Of a DNA stretch of 64,000 bases, positions 45,389-55,414 are shown piece after piece. Made by a program: the position numbers and the translations under genes. The notes below the pieces were generated by a model. It made no database searches. It saw only the letters and a program-made list of their open reading frames with translations, and had not been told where the DNA came from. Each line of letters opens with the position of its first letter. The first letter of the stretch is position 1. This stretch comes from Bryobacterales bacterium (GTDB taxonomy: Bacteria > Acidobacteriota > Terriglobia > Bryobacterales > UBA6623), in contig JAPPMC010000191.1 of assembly GCA_028819235.1 (NCBI GenBank), forward strand, positions 75,957 through 139,956, read 5' to 3'.

Positions 45389-46876
45389 TCATCGGCTGCG
45401 GCCTTGGGCCATGATGCGCTCCAGTGCGTGCTCGAGCCGTTTGGCAACGATGGGATTGCGGGCGTACACGTTGCGCTTTTCCGAAGGGTCGTCCTGAAGG
45501 TCGTATAGCTGGTACGGTCGTTCGAATGGTTTGCCCGCCGGCTTCTCGCGCCCACCGGAACCATTTCCAGCCACCAGCTTCCAACGGCCCTCACGAATCG
45601 CGAACATGCCACCCCCGGAATGGTGAATCACTGGTGCCCGAGGACGAGGTCGCGCCTGCCCTCTCAGGGTCGGGACGAAGCTGAAGCTGTCCTCGGCCGC
45701 TTCCGCCGGCAATGAGGCCCCCGCCATCTCCGCAAACGTAGCGAATACATCCGTAAGGCACACTGTCTCCTCGGTTCGGCTTCCAGGCGCAACCTGGCCA
45801 GGCCAGCGGACCAAGAAGGGGACTCGATGCCCGGCCTCCCATATGTCGGCCTTCGTGCCGCGGAACACGTAGTTTGACGTGTGGTTCAGGGAACGATAGG
45901 CCTGAATGGTCGAATCGTCGGTGTGGTCCTCCTCTGACGGGCTGTCCCGCCGGTACATGAACGATCCGTTGTCCGATGTCAGCAACACCAAGGTGTCTTC
46001 GGAGAGCCCCAAGCGCTCGATCGCTCGCGTGATGACCCCGACGGCCGAGTCCACGTGGACGATGAAGTCCCCGTACGGGCCTAGACCCGTCTTGCCCCGA
46101 AACCGCTCGCCGGGCCAAACCGGCTTGTGGGGGGCAGTGAGCGGGACATACAGCAGGAACGGGGTCGAATCGCGCGCGCGGCGCGCCAAGAATGCGGCGG
46201 CCTCGGCTGCGAGGTCGTCTAGGACCTTGACGGGATCCAGGTCCTTTGCGAGTTCGCCGGGACGCATGAACCGCGGAAACTTCAGCGCCTCTTGCTCACC
46301 CAGCGGCAATCCCGTGATATTGCCATCCCGGATGTATACGTAAGGGGGAAAGTCGAGCGACGCTGGGATGATCAGCGACTCGTCGAATCCGTGCGTGTGG
46401 GGGCCGTCGTCGATCGGCCCGCTGAAGTCAAACCCACCCGCTTCGTCTCTGGAGAATCCAAGGCCCAGATGCCACTTGCCCACGATGGCCGTCCGGTATC
46501 CCTGCTGCTGGAGGAGGGTTCCGAGCGTTACCCGGTCGCTGGCCAGGAGCGGCTCGCCATAGCCGTTCAGCACGCCCCTCTTGAGCTTGGTGCGCCATGC
46601 ATACCTTCCAGTGAGCAAGCCATATCGGGTAGGCGTGCAAACCGCCGACGGCGTGTGCGCATCCGTGAAGGTCATGCCCTCGCTCGCAAGCGCATCGATG
46701 TTCGGCGTCGGTATCTTCGATGCCTCGTTCAGCCAGGCGACATCTCCGTAACCCAGATCGTCCGCGAGCACAATGACGAAGTTGGGTGCGGCACGCACAC
46801 CTGCGGCCGCGAGACCTGCGCACAGCGCTATCCGGAGCCAATGGAACCACGAGGCTCGCCAAGGCATGCCAGTCAT
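45389..46876 (-). CDS. arylsulfatase (formylglycine-dependent sulfatase family)
   Basis: PNFVIVLADDLGYGDV and CTPTRYGLLTGRY (C-x-P-x-R). The signal-like N-terminus starts at ATG 46876 or 46867. The track start is 46939. Confidence 0.9.
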   Translation of the reverse strand: MTGMPWRASWFHWLRIALCAGLAAAGVRAAPNFVIVLADDLGYGDVAWLNEASKIPTPNIDALASEGMTFTDAHTPSAVCTPTRYGLLTGRYAWRTKLKRGVLNGYGEPLLASDRVTLGTLLQQQGYRTAIVGKWHLGLGFSRDEAGGFDFSGPIDDGPHTHGFDESLIIPASLDFPPYVYIRDGNITGLPLGEQEALKFPRFMRPGELAKDLDPVKVLDDLAAEAAAFLARRARDSTPFLLYVPLTAPHKPVWPGERFRGKTGLGPYGDFIVHVDSAVGVITRAIERLGLSEDTLVLLTSDNGSFMYRRDSPSEEDHTDDSTIQAYRSLNHTSNYVFRGTKADIWEAGHRVPFLVRWPGQVAPGSRTEETVCLTDVFATFAEMAGASLPAEAAEDSFSFVPTLRGQARPRPRAPVIHHSGGGMFAIREGRWKLVAGNGSGGREKPAGKPFERPYQLYDLQDDPSEKRNVYARNPIVAKRLEHALERIMAQGRSR

Positions 46877-46971
46877 TGTGCCAGAGGCATCAGCCCCGTC
46901 GAGAACATCGAGGACCGTCGGCGGATGCATGCTCGGCACCCACCGGTTCGGGCCCTTCGTGTTGCAGCGAA

Positions 46972-47853
46972 CTAGTCGACCTTCTTCATGCGGCGCCTGC
47001 CCGACATGTCGCGGCGCTCATTCTCAAGGTCGAACTTGAAGTCCTCGACCGCGTCGGCGAGGGTCTCGCTTTCGTAGTGGGGCTCGCCCCACATCTCGGC
47101 CTGATCGACCAAGACCCTTCGGATCTTGGGGTCGTTAATGTTCTCGCGATCAAACATGATCCCCATGTCGAGCAGGGTCCGAGCCACTCCGAAGCGAACA
47201 GTCCCCACGTCGACCTCCATAGGTTCGGTGGCGGACGAGAGTTCGGCTGCGTCCTTGCCTACCAAACCAGCAATGCCAAGGAATACGCCGCGGGTCAGAG
47301 TCTGGTCCTCCATCGCAGGAAGCTGCGCATCGACTCGGTTTCCGCTCTCGACACTTGTCAATACGGGCGATGGCGTCGCGTTGCCCTCCGGCATCGGGAA
47401 GCCGAAGGTCACCGATCCCTCCTGGCCCACGAGCTCGTTGAGGTCAGCCAGATCCTCCGCGAAGTCGACTGCGAATACCTTGGTGCGTCTACGGTATTCG
47501 CTCACCGAAGGCTGGAAGTGCTCAATCATCGCTTCGTTGATATCCATACCCTTTGCGAAGGCGTCCGCGAGTTCGTCGTAGCCGTAGGACAGGCCTGCCC
47601 TTAGGGCAGCCAGCCACAGCTCGGCCTTCGGACCAACCTCTCCCATTCCGTAACTCGCCTCCTCGAGCTGCTCGGCAGCCTTGGCGAAGTCCCCCAGCGC
47701 GTAGTTCTCGGCCGCCGCTTGGTAGAGCCACTCGGGCGTGCCTTGGCGAGGACCGACGGGCTGGGCCGAGCACGAAACCAACAGTGCTCCCAATAAGGCC
47801 AGCGCGCCTGCCAAGCGGAATCTAGGTGTAGAAGCGTTCTGAAAACTGAGCAT
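46972..47853 (-). CDS. hypothetical lipoprotein
   Basis: GGAGG 8 nt before ATG 47853. Lipobox-like ALLGALLVSCSAQP. Helical, TPR-like start (EWLYQAAAENYALGDFAKAAEQL). No family recognised. Confidence 0.6.
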   Translation of the reverse strand: MLSFQNASTPRFRLAGALALLGALLVSCSAQPVGPRQGTPEWLYQAAAENYALGDFAKAAEQLEEASYGMGEVGPKAELWLAALRAGLSYGYDELADAFAKGMDINEAMIEHFQPSVSEYRRRTKVFAVDFAEDLADLNELVGQEGSVTFGFPMPEGNATPSPVLTSVESGNRVDAQLPAMEDQTLTRGVFLGIAGLVGKDAAELSSATEPMEVDVGTVRFGVARTLLDMGIMFDRENINDPKIRRVLVDQAEMWGEPHYESETLADAVEDFKFDLENERRDMSGRRRMKKVD

Positions 47854-48100
47854 CCAATATGCCTCCTCTCCGGGCATAAGTCTCTCAACTTGAAGTCGAG
47901 ATTGCAAGTATCGGGCGAACGACTCTAGGACGAGCGTTCCTGAGCGTCGGGCGGGGCGGTGGTCTGACCTTCATTGGACAGCGCCCAGAATCAGGCCGAC
48001 CGGATGGCTGAGGGCTCGCTTACCGGCCGTCGTTCGGCTATCATTCGCAGCAGGCGGGGCGGTTACCATACGGCACCAAGTCGCAGATGCCGAAGGATTT

Positions 48101-48640
48101 GTGCTGGTGGGGGGCCAGAGCACGCGGTTTGGCCGTGACAAGGCATCCTTCGCGGTGGCGGGCAGGCCCATGGCGCTGCATGTCGCGGCGGCCCTCAGTG
48201 CCTGCCTTGAGACGGTGACTCTGGTTGGCGAGTGCCGGGCCCACTTCAATACGGGACTGCCCGCGATTCCGGACAGCATGCCAAACGCCGGTCCTTTGGG
48301 CGGGATCGTCGCTGCCCTAGGGCATGCTCGCAGGTCGTGGAGCGTGATCGCGGCCTGCGACATGCCCTTGGCGAGCTCCGCCCAAGTGGCCAGCCTGCTG
48401 CATGCAGCAGCAGTCTGTGAGGCGCAAGCGGTAATCCCGCGCACTCCTGACGGCCGGCTGCAGCCGCTCTTTGCCGCCTATCACCGGAGCGCAAGGTCGC
48501 CTCTCGCGAGTGCGCTCGCTGAGGGTCGGCTCAAGCTGGCGAGAGCCCTTGACGCCGTGCGGTGGACGGAACTCGCGGTCACTGACGGCACGGGCTTCAC
48601 GAACGTGAACACGAGGGCCGACGTGCCGCTCCTGCCCTGA
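48101..48640 (+). CDS. mobA: molybdenum cofactor guanylyltransferase
   Basis: LVGGQSTRFGRDKA (LAGGxSxRMGxDK motif), IPDSMPNAGPLGGI, ACDMP. Conserved residues continue upstream of the only canonical start (see findings). Confidence 0.8.
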   Translation: MLVGGQSTRFGRDKASFAVAGRPMALHVAAALSACLETVTLVGECRAHFNTGLPAIPDSMPNAGPLGGIVAALGHARRSWSVIAACDMPLASSAQVASLLHAAAVCEAQAVIPRTPDGRLQPLFAAYHRSARSPLASALAEGRLKLARALDAVRWTELAVTDGTGFTNVNTRADVPLLP

Positions 48641-48645
48641 GGAGG

Positions 48646-49800
48646 TCAGGCTGCGAGAGCGTCCGACAGCCGACGAAGGTCAGTCTCGTTGTTGAAGAAG
48701 TGCGGCGAGACCCGCAGGTTGCCCTGGCGCACGGAAACGGCCACGCGACTCTCCCGCAAGTGTGCTGCAAGCCGGGCGCTATCCAGTCTCGGAAACGACG
48801 CCGTGACAATCTGCGAGGCCGCGGGGCCCTTGGCGGCCGGATGCAGGACCCCACCGCGGGCGGCGACGATCTCACGGCAGCGTTCTGCCAAGCCCAGAAC
48901 GCGTGTCTCGATTCTGTCGAGCCCGAGTCTGAGGATCAGGTCCACGCTCGCCTCTAATCCAAAAAGCGCCGAGAACGGCTGGACACCACCTTCGTACGCC
49001 GCTGCGGACTCTGGAAGGACTGGCCTGCCGTGATGCAGGTGTTCGAAGTTCATCCAGTCCCGGTGGCTGCGCCAGCTCGTGATGCTCGGAGCCAGCCAAG
49101 AACGAGTGGTGGGAGGGATCCACGCGAATCCCGCTCCCTCGGGCGCCATCAGCCACTTGTAGCCATGCGCCACCAAGAAGTCCGCGGGACTGGCCTCGAG
49201 ATCGTGTCGTAAGGCCCCGACGCTCTGGGTAGCGTCGAGGCACAGCAGGACGGACCTTCGTCGCAGTTCCGCCGCCACTTCCTCGAGCGGAGCGCGCAGG
49301 CCATTGGAGTAGTTGACCGTGCTCAGCAGAACCAGGCGCGTGCGAGGACCGACCTCGTCGAGGAGCGTGTCTGCATCAAATGCAGTCCTGGGAGAGGGCA
49401 AAGGCCGAAATGCCACGCCAAGCGCATCGAGCAACTGGGGAGCGTACAAGTTGTTGGGAAACTCGTGCTCGAACGCCAAGATCTCGTCGCCGCGCCGCCA
49501 TTCGATTCCCCGCAGCAACCATGAGAGCCCCGTTCCGGCGTTTGGGCAGAACGCGATGTCTCGAGGAGACGCGCCGATCAGCTGGCCAATCTTCCCCCGA
49601 ATGCGCTCCAGACGATCGAACCACTCCGGGAAATCGAGAGATGCGTTGCGGTTCCGGGTTCGGAGGTGCTCCCGTGCGGCAGTGGCCGCCACGGACGGCA
49701 ACGGGCCAAACGCCGCAGTGTTGAGGTGGGCCCAACGCTCGAGCACCGGAAACAGGCGTCGGGCCGCATTCCAGTCAGGAACACTTCGGGGATCAGGCAT
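48646..49800 (-). CDS. aminotransferase class V-fold PLP-dependent enzyme
   Basis: HLNTAAFGPLP, DATQSVG, HGYKWLMAPEGAGF (PLP lysine context). ATG 49800 is a plausible start. The track start is 49851. Confidence 0.85.
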   Translation of the reverse strand: MPDPRSVPDWNAARRLFPVLERWAHLNTAAFGPLPSVAATAAREHLRTRNRNASLDFPEWFDRLERIRGKIGQLIGASPRDIAFCPNAGTGLSWLLRGIEWRRGDEILAFEHEFPNNLYAPQLLDALGVAFRPLPSPRTAFDADTLLDEVGPRTRLVLLSTVNYSNGLRAPLEEVAAELRRRSVLLCLDATQSVGALRHDLEASPADFLVAHGYKWLMAPEGAGFAWIPPTTRSWLAPSITSWRSHRDWMNFEHLHHGRPVLPESAAAYEGGVQPFSALFGLEASVDLILRLGLDRIETRVLGLAERCREIVAARGGVLHPAAKGPAASQIVTASFPRLDSARLAAHLRESRVAVSVRQGNLRVSPHFFNNETDLRRLSDALAA

Positions 49801-49920
49801 GTCATCTCTCAGGCTAACGTCCGCTGATCGGGCCGACGGCCCGGCGTACAAGAGGTCTCCCGCCGCCCACGGTCAGCATGGACTGCCTCAACCGTTCTAT
49901 ACACTGGGCACTCGGGCGCT

Positions 49921-51771
49921 TTGGCGTTCTATCACTGCCCGAACTTGACTGACCCATTGACCACCGCGCTGCGGACTCGGCTAGGCGTTCCCGCCGGTGT
50001 ACTACACCGGGCTGAGAACGCCTTGGCCGTTCTCCTGTTGGCAGCCGTCGCAGCTCTCCCTCTGATCGAGGGGGCCGGACGCGTCGTTGGCATCGGGACG
50101 CTCATACCCGGTTCCCTGCCCCTCGTGCAGCACGCCACGCTGCTGATTGCTCTCGTAGGCGGGGCGATCGCCGCCCGCAAGCGCAAACTTCTTGCATTAT
50201 CGACCGCCACGTTCCTGCCCGCCCGACTGCGGGTTGGTGCCCAAATCGTGTCGGGATTTCTTGGAGTCGCGGTGTGCACCTGCCTTTCATTCGGAGCGTG
50301 GGAGTTTGCGTTGGTCGAAAGAGAGGCCGGGGACGTCGTCGCCTTCGGTTTGCCGGTGTGGGGCTTCGTCGCCGCGATGGTGCCCGGCTTCGCCCTGATC
50401 GGAATCCGGCTGGCCTGGAAGAGTTCCCCGTCCTGGATCGGGCGGGCGCTCTCGGCGAGCGGCGTCGCTATCCCGATCGCCCTCGCATTCTGGGAAACGC
50501 TTGGGGACCTACCTATCCTGCAGTACGGCGCTCTGGCCCTCCTTGGCGGCGCAATTCTCGGACTTCCGATCTTCGCGGTGATCGGTGGTCTGGCGGCACT
50601 GCTCTTCTGGTACGACTACATCCCTGTCAGTGCCGTGCCCCTCGCCGCATACCAGCTGTCCGGACAGCCACTCCTGCCTGCAATCCCGCTGTTCACGCTG
50701 GCGGGCTACATCTTGGCCGAGGGTGGATCGAGCCGTCGGCTCGTGCGCGTCTTCTCGGCTTGGCTGGGTTGGATGCCCGGGGGGTTGGCCCTGACCACTG
50801 CGGCCGCCTTTGCCTTCTTCACGTCTTTCACGGGAGCCTCTGGCGTCACAATCCTGTCACTCGGGGGCCTCATGCTGCCCATCTTGCTAGATTCCGGCTA
50901 CGGAAGGCGGCCTGCGCTGGGGCTGATGACGGCTTCGGGTTCGATTGGCCTGCTGTTCCCCCCGAGCCTAGCGGTGATTCTTTACGGCGTGTACTCAAGG
51001 ACACCCCTCGACGAGCTCTTCTTGGGAGGCCTGCTTCCAGGGGCTGTCCTGGTCGCGCTCGTCGCAATCTGGGGCGCCCGCAGCGGTGGGAGGAGCAGCC
51101 GCACGAAGTTTGTGCTTGCCGAGGCACGCAAGGTCGCCGTCGAGGCCAAGTGGGAGCTGCTGCTGCCTGTCGTGGTGCTGGGAGGAATCTTGGGTGGCCT
51201 CCTGACGCTGCTCGAGGCCGCCGCAGTGACGGTTCTATACGCGTTCCTGCTTGAGTGCGTGGTCCACCGGGACGTGTCCGTTCGCTCCGGGTTCCCCAAG
51301 CTGTCTGTCGAGTGCAGCGCTCTGGTCGGCGGCGTTCTGCTGATCTTAGGGGTAGCTCTCGGCTTCACCAACTACCTCATCGACGCCCAGGTGCCGGACT
51401 TGGCGCTGGACTGGGTCCAGTCCCACATCGAGTCCAAGCTGGTATTCCTCCTAGCCCTGAACGGGCTGTTGCTGGTCGTCGGCTGCATGATGGACATCTT
51501 CTCGGCGATCCTAGTCCTAGTGCCGCTGATCGCTCCTATGGGAGCAGCCTACGGCATCGATCCGGTGCATCTCGGGATCATCTTTCTCGCCAACCTGGAA
51601 TTGGGATACCTGACTCCTCCGGTCGGCCTGAACCTGTTCTTGTCCTCCTATCGGTTCGACGTGCCGCTTGTGCAGGTCTACAGGTCAGTGCTGCCTTTCC
51701 TGCTGATTCTGTGCGTCGGCGTGCTGCTGATCACGTACGTGCCGGCGCTCTCGCTGACCTTGGTGCGCTGA
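49921..51771 (+). CDS. TRAP transporter fused permease (DctQ-like + DctM-like)
   Basis: 616 aa and highly hydrophobic. N-terminal ~170-aa small-subunit-like part, then a DctM-like large permease ([16 protein letters not shown]..., [12 protein letters not shown]). The start (TTG 49921) is uncertain. Confidence 0.85.
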   Translation: MAFYHCPNLTDPLTTALRTRLGVPAGVLHRAENALAVLLLAAVAALPLIEGAGRVVGIGTLIPGSLPLVQHATLLIALVGGAIAARKRKLLALSTATFLPARLRVGAQIVSGFLGVAVCTCLSFGAWEFALVEREAGDVVAFGLPVWGFVAAMVPGFALIGIRLAWKSSPSWIGRALSASGVAIPIALAFWETLGDLPILQYGALALLGGAILGLPIFAVIGGLAALLFWYDYIPVSAVPLAAYQLSGQPLLPAIPLFTLAGYILAEGGSSRRLVRVFSAWLGWMPGGLALTTAAAFAFFTSFTGASGVTILSLGGLMLPILLDSGYGRRPALGLMTASGSIGLLFPPSLAVILYGVYSRTPLDELFLGGLLPGAVLVALVAIWGARSGGRSSRTKFVLAEARKVAVEAKWELLLPVVVLGGILGGLLTLLEAAAVTVLYAFLLECVVHRDVSVRSGFPKLSVECSALVGGVLLILGVALGFTNYLIDAQVPDLALDWVQSHIESKLVFLLALNGLLLVVGCMMDIFSAILVLVPLIAPMGAAYGIDPVHLGIIFLANLELGYLTPPVGLNLFLSSYRFDVPLVQVYRSVLPFLLILCVGVLLITYVPALSLTLVR

Positions 51772-51832
51772 ACTGCTCGGGCGCAGGCGACGCTTGCTAG
51801 ACTCGGGTTCGGGCAAGTATCCTGCGCCATCC

Positions 51833-53071
51833 ATGGCCAAGCGTCGACCCAGATCCGTCACCTGCGTAGTCGGGGATGTACCCGTCGGCGGAGGCAATCC
51901 CATCGTCGTGCAGTCGATGACCAATACCGACACTGCGGACACGACTGCGACGGTCAATCAGGTCATGGCTCTTGCACAGGCAGGTTCGGAGCTCGTGCGC
52001 ATCACGGTCAACCACGACAAGGCCGCACAAGCCGTGCCGGCCATCGTCGGAACGTTGCGCGACTTCGGCTGCAATGTGCCAATCGTTGGAGACTTCCACT
52101 ACAACGGCCACATCCTGCTGCGGGAGTACCCGGACTGCGCTCGGGCCCTTGCCAAGTACAGGATCAACCCGGGTAACGTCAACATCGGCAAGAAGCACGA
52201 CGACAATTTCCGCACGATGGTCGAGGCAGCCATCGAGCACGGCAAGCCCGTCCGGATTGGCGTGAACTGGGGATCGCTCGACCAAGTGCTGCTCACACGA
52301 CTAATGGACGCCAACTCAAGGCTGCCCGAGCCGCTCTCGGCAGGAGAGGTAACGCTCGAGGCCATGGTCCGGAGCGCGCTGGAATCCGCACTGGCGGCAG
52401 AAGCCTACGGCCTGCCGCACGACCACATCGTGCTCAGCGCGAAGGTTTCAGGCGTGCTGGACCTTATCAGCGTGTACCGTAAGCTCGCGCATGCCTGCGA
52501 CTACCCGCTGCACCTTGGCCTCACTGAAGCCGGGATGGGGGCCAAGGGAATGATCGCGTCAGCCGCCGGTATGTCCGTGCTTCTGCTCGAGGCCATAGGT
52601 GACACGATCCGCGTGTCGCTGACTCCCCGACCGAATGGGGATCGGTGCGAGGAGGTCGAGGCCTGCAAGCAGCTGCTGCAGTCTCTAGAGATCCGCAGCT
52701 TCACTCCCCAGGTGACCGCTTGTCCAGGCTGTGGCCGCACAACGAGCACGTTCTTTCAGGAGATGGCTGAAGACATCCAGGCCTACCTGGGCCGGCGAAT
52801 GCCGGAATGGGGCGAGGCCTATGAGGGCGTCGAGGGAATGAAGGTAGCCGTCATGGGCTGCATCGTCAATGGCCCCGGAGAGTCCAAGCACGCCGACATC
52901 GGCATTTCGCTGCCTGGCACGTTCGAGGAGCCGGTCGCGCCCGTCTACGTGGACGGACGCCTTCACCGGACCCTGCGCGGGGAACGGATCGTGGCAGAGT
53001 TCATCGACATTCTCGACTCCTACGTCGACGCGCGCTACGCTTCACGGCGCCCCTCCAATCCCGTCACCTGA
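51833..53071 (+). CDS. ispG: 4-hydroxy-3-methylbut-2-en-1-yl diphosphate synthase
   Basis: [63 protein letters not shown]. Confidence 0.93.
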   Translation: MAKRRPRSVTCVVGDVPVGGGNPIVVQSMTNTDTADTTATVNQVMALAQAGSELVRITVNHDKAAQAVPAIVGTLRDFGCNVPIVGDFHYNGHILLREYPDCARALAKYRINPGNVNIGKKHDDNFRTMVEAAIEHGKPVRIGVNWGSLDQVLLTRLMDANSRLPEPLSAGEVTLEAMVRSALESALAAEAYGLPHDHIVLSAKVSGVLDLISVYRKLAHACDYPLHLGLTEAGMGAKGMIASAAGMSVLLLEAIGDTIRVSLTPRPNGDRCEEVEACKQLLQSLEIRSFTPQVTACPGCGRTTSTFFQEMAEDIQAYLGRRMPEWGEAYEGVEGMKVAVMGCIVNGPGESKHADIGISLPGTFEEPVAPVYVDGRLHRTLRGERIVAEFIDILDSYVDARYASRRPSNPVT

Positions 53072-53087
53072 GCCTGCCCAGGCAGGC
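53072..53087. terminator. short GC hairpin between convergent ispG and tatC
   Basis: GCCTGC-CCAG-GCAGGC directly after the ispG stop and 6 nt before the tatC stop. No U-tract, so weak. Confidence 0.25.
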
Positions 53088-53092
53088 GCACG

Positions 53093-54235
53093 TCAGCGTG
53101 GCTCAGGTGGCCCGAACCAAGGAAACTGGTCCGTCAGGCCATACTCGTGGTACACGACCAGATAGGCGATGATCGCGGCGATGATCGCAAAGAAGGCCAA
53201 CACGGTGAGCCCGATTCGACCCCAAGGAAGCCTCCGCCCTTCCCTGCGCAACACCAGCAGCCAACTGGCCCCGATACCGACGAAGTAAAGCAGGATCATC
53301 GGCCCCGCGAATAGCGTCATCGTCAGCGGATCGCCTGTCGGCGTGATGATTGCCGCCAGGATGAACATGATCAGCACTGCGTAGCGCACGTTTCGGAGCA
53401 GGAACTGCGGCGTTGTCAGGCGCAGCAGCGTGAAGAAGAAGATCAGCACGGGCAGCTGGAACACAAGGCCCAGGCCGATCTCGAGAATGATGAAGGTGTT
53501 GAGGTAGTCGCTGACCGAAATGTAGGGCTCGACGTCGTCCGAGACGGTCAGCAGGAATTGCAGGGTCACCCGCAGTGCGATGAAGTAGCAGAATAACCCG
53601 CCGAGAATGAACAGGATCGCCGTCGTGAAGATGAAAGGCACGGCCCAGCGCTTCTCGCGCCTGTAGAGGCCAGGCGCTATGAACTGCCATGCTTGGTACG
53701 CCAGCCAAGGCGCGCCGAGGAATACCGCTGCAAGCAGGGGAACCTTGATGTACTGGACCTGGAACTGCTCCAGCGGCCGAATGTTGACAATCTTGATCAG
53801 CTCGCCGTCCGGGCCGGCGATCGCCCGGGCCGCGCCTCGGAACGGCTCCAGCGCTAGTCTCAAGAGTTCTCCGGCATAGGCCAGGCATCCGAGATACACC
53901 ACCAAGAGCCCTCCCAAGGCCCTCAGGATGCGAGTTCGCAGCTCCTCCAGGTGTTCCAGGAAGGACATGCGCGCCATGTCCTCTTCTTCGTCATCGTCCT
54001 CGTCCGCGGGCGGCGGAGGGGGCAGTGGTTTGGTCGGCGCGGGTGGCTCAGACTCTACCGCGGGGACCGAGGGCTCAGAGTGCGGGTCGTCGTAGAGGTG
54101 GTCGGACTCATCCTGATAGGGGTCGTCGTAGAACGAAGCGTCGCCCTCGGGCGTCTCAGGAGCCGGCGGGGATGAGCCTGCGTCATCGCTAGCATCGGAG
54201 CCGGCCTCGTTCTCTCGTTTGTCTTCCGGAGGCAT
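53093..54235 (-). CDS. tatC: twin-arginine translocase subunit TatC, possibly with ~90-aa acidic/proline-rich N-terminal extension
   Basis: Canonical TatC start MSFLEHLEELRTRILR at ATG 53968, followed by 6 TM segments. The ORF stays open and codon-plausible up to ATG 54235. Confidence 0.88.
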   Translation of the reverse strand: MPPEDKRENEAGSDASDDAGSSPPAPETPEGDASFYDDPYQDESDHLYDDPHSEPSVPAVESEPPAPTKPLPPPPPADEDDDEEEDMARMSFLEHLEELRTRILRALGGLLVVYLGCLAYAGELLRLALEPFRGAARAIAGPDGELIKIVNIRPLEQFQVQYIKVPLLAAVFLGAPWLAYQAWQFIAPGLYRREKRWAVPFIFTTAILFILGGLFCYFIALRVTLQFLLTVSDDVEPYISVSDYLNTFIILEIGLGLVFQLPVLIFFFTLLRLTTPQFLLRNVRYAVLIMFILAAIITPTGDPLTMTLFAGPMILLYFVGIGASWLLVLRREGRRLPWGRIGLTVLAFFAIIAAIIAYLVVYHEYGLTDQFPWFGPPEPR

Positions 54236-54287
54236 CTGGTGGTGAGCTGGGCGTGGCTAGTGGGTTGCTGGAAGCAGCCGTTCTCGC

Positions 54288-54752
54288 TCAGGCCTGACTG
54301 GTCGGCCCGGCCGCCCCCTCCGCTTCGGGAACGCCGGAAACGGCCGGAGGTGTGGAGGCAGATCCTTCCGCAGCTTCCCCGCCGCCCTCGCCGTCCGCTG
54401 CCTTCCCCGTATCCGTGGCCTGGTCGGACCCGTTCGGCTTTGCGGCCGTTGAGGAGCCGGCCGAGCCGCTACCGTAGTCGTAGTCACTGTAGTAATCGTC
54501 TTCGCTGTCGTCGTAATAGCTGGTATTGATGTCGCGGCGAACATCTGTGGCGAGGCTGCCGACCTCTCGCGTCTCGTCCTCGATGTTGTCCATCTCCCGC
54601 TGGAATGTTGTCCTCAACTCGTTCGAGGCCCGCTTGAATTCCGCCATCCCCTTGCCGAAGGTCTTGCCGAGCTCGGGGAGTTTCTTGGGCCCAAAGATGA
54701 GCAGTGCCAAGATAAAGAGGACTACAACCTCGCCCATCCCTATCGGACCCAT
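54288..54752 (-). CDS. tatA: twin-arginine translocase subunit TatA/E with long acidic C-terminal tail
   Basis: MGPIGMGEVVVLFILALLIFGPKKLPELGKTFGKGMAEFKRA, then an ~95-aa tail rich in D/E/Y/S/G. Confidence 0.88.
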   Translation of the reverse strand: MGPIGMGEVVVLFILALLIFGPKKLPELGKTFGKGMAEFKRASNELRTTFQREMDNIEDETREVGSLATDVRRDINTSYYDDSEDDYYSDYDYGSGSAGSSTAAKPNGSDQATDTGKAADGEGGGEAAEGSASTPPAVSGVPEAEGAAGPTSQA

Positions 54753-54915
54753 CGGACGCTCCCCCGTTCCCGCCAGCATGAAGCCGACGCCACTGAGCTA
54801 ACTCTGATCATACCGATGCCATCGGCCGGAATCAACCTGCGGAGGGCTGCTGGCATCCCAGTCAAGCGGCGCCGCGGCCGCCTCCGCTGTCGCTCGCGGA
54901 TCGGCTAGCTAGAAT

Positions 54916-55302
54916 GTGGCAATGGACCGCATCGGGCTGAAACGCATGCACCATGTCTCTTTCGCGGTGGCCGATCTGGACGCCTCAAAGCACTTCTTCT
55001 GCGAAGTGCTTGGCCTTCCGGAGGACCGGCGGCCGAACTTTTGCTTTCCGGGCGCTTGGTTGGCCGTTGGCGATCGGCAGATCCACCTGATCCAAGAGAC
55101 GGGCGCGGGCCGGACGGTGCAGGGCCGGATCAGCCGGTCCGACCATCTGGCCATGGAGGTCGAGGACCTAGAAGTCGTCAAAGCGCGACTGGCCGAGTGC
55201 GGAGTGGACTTCCTCGAGGGTCAGAACCAGAGCCTTGGGATGAGCCAGGCCTTTTGCAGCGACCCGGACGGCCACACGATCGAATTCGTGCAATACCACT
55301 GA
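54916..55302 (+). CDS. VOC-family (glyoxalase/dioxygenase fold) protein
   Basis: MHHVSFAVADLDASKHFFCEVLGL ... DHLAMEV ... DPDGHTIEF. Confidence 0.85.
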   Translation: MAMDRIGLKRMHHVSFAVADLDASKHFFCEVLGLPEDRRPNFCFPGAWLAVGDRQIHLIQETGAGRTVQGRISRSDHLAMEVEDLEVVKARLAECGVDFLEGQNQSLGMSQAFCSDPDGHTIEFVQYH

Positions 55303-55414
55303 CGTTACGTCTCCGATCTTGCCCTCTGCCTGGAGCCGAATCGCCGAGCGCAGTCTGGCGGGTGCGGAGCCGCAAGGGCGCCACCGGGCCCAGAACGGCG
55401 GGCGGTCTGCAACA

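Noticed and set aside
44710-45612. 300-aa minus-strand ORF across the FAD-oxidase 3' end and sulfatase 3' end. Also 50274..51254 (+) inside the TRAP permease.
   Set aside because: These are antisense or out-of-frame artefacts with no motifs.
47908-48100. Spacer upstream of mobA, checked for a Moco riboswitch.
   Set aside because: I found only generic GC hairpins, and I cannot recall enough of the consensus to support a call.
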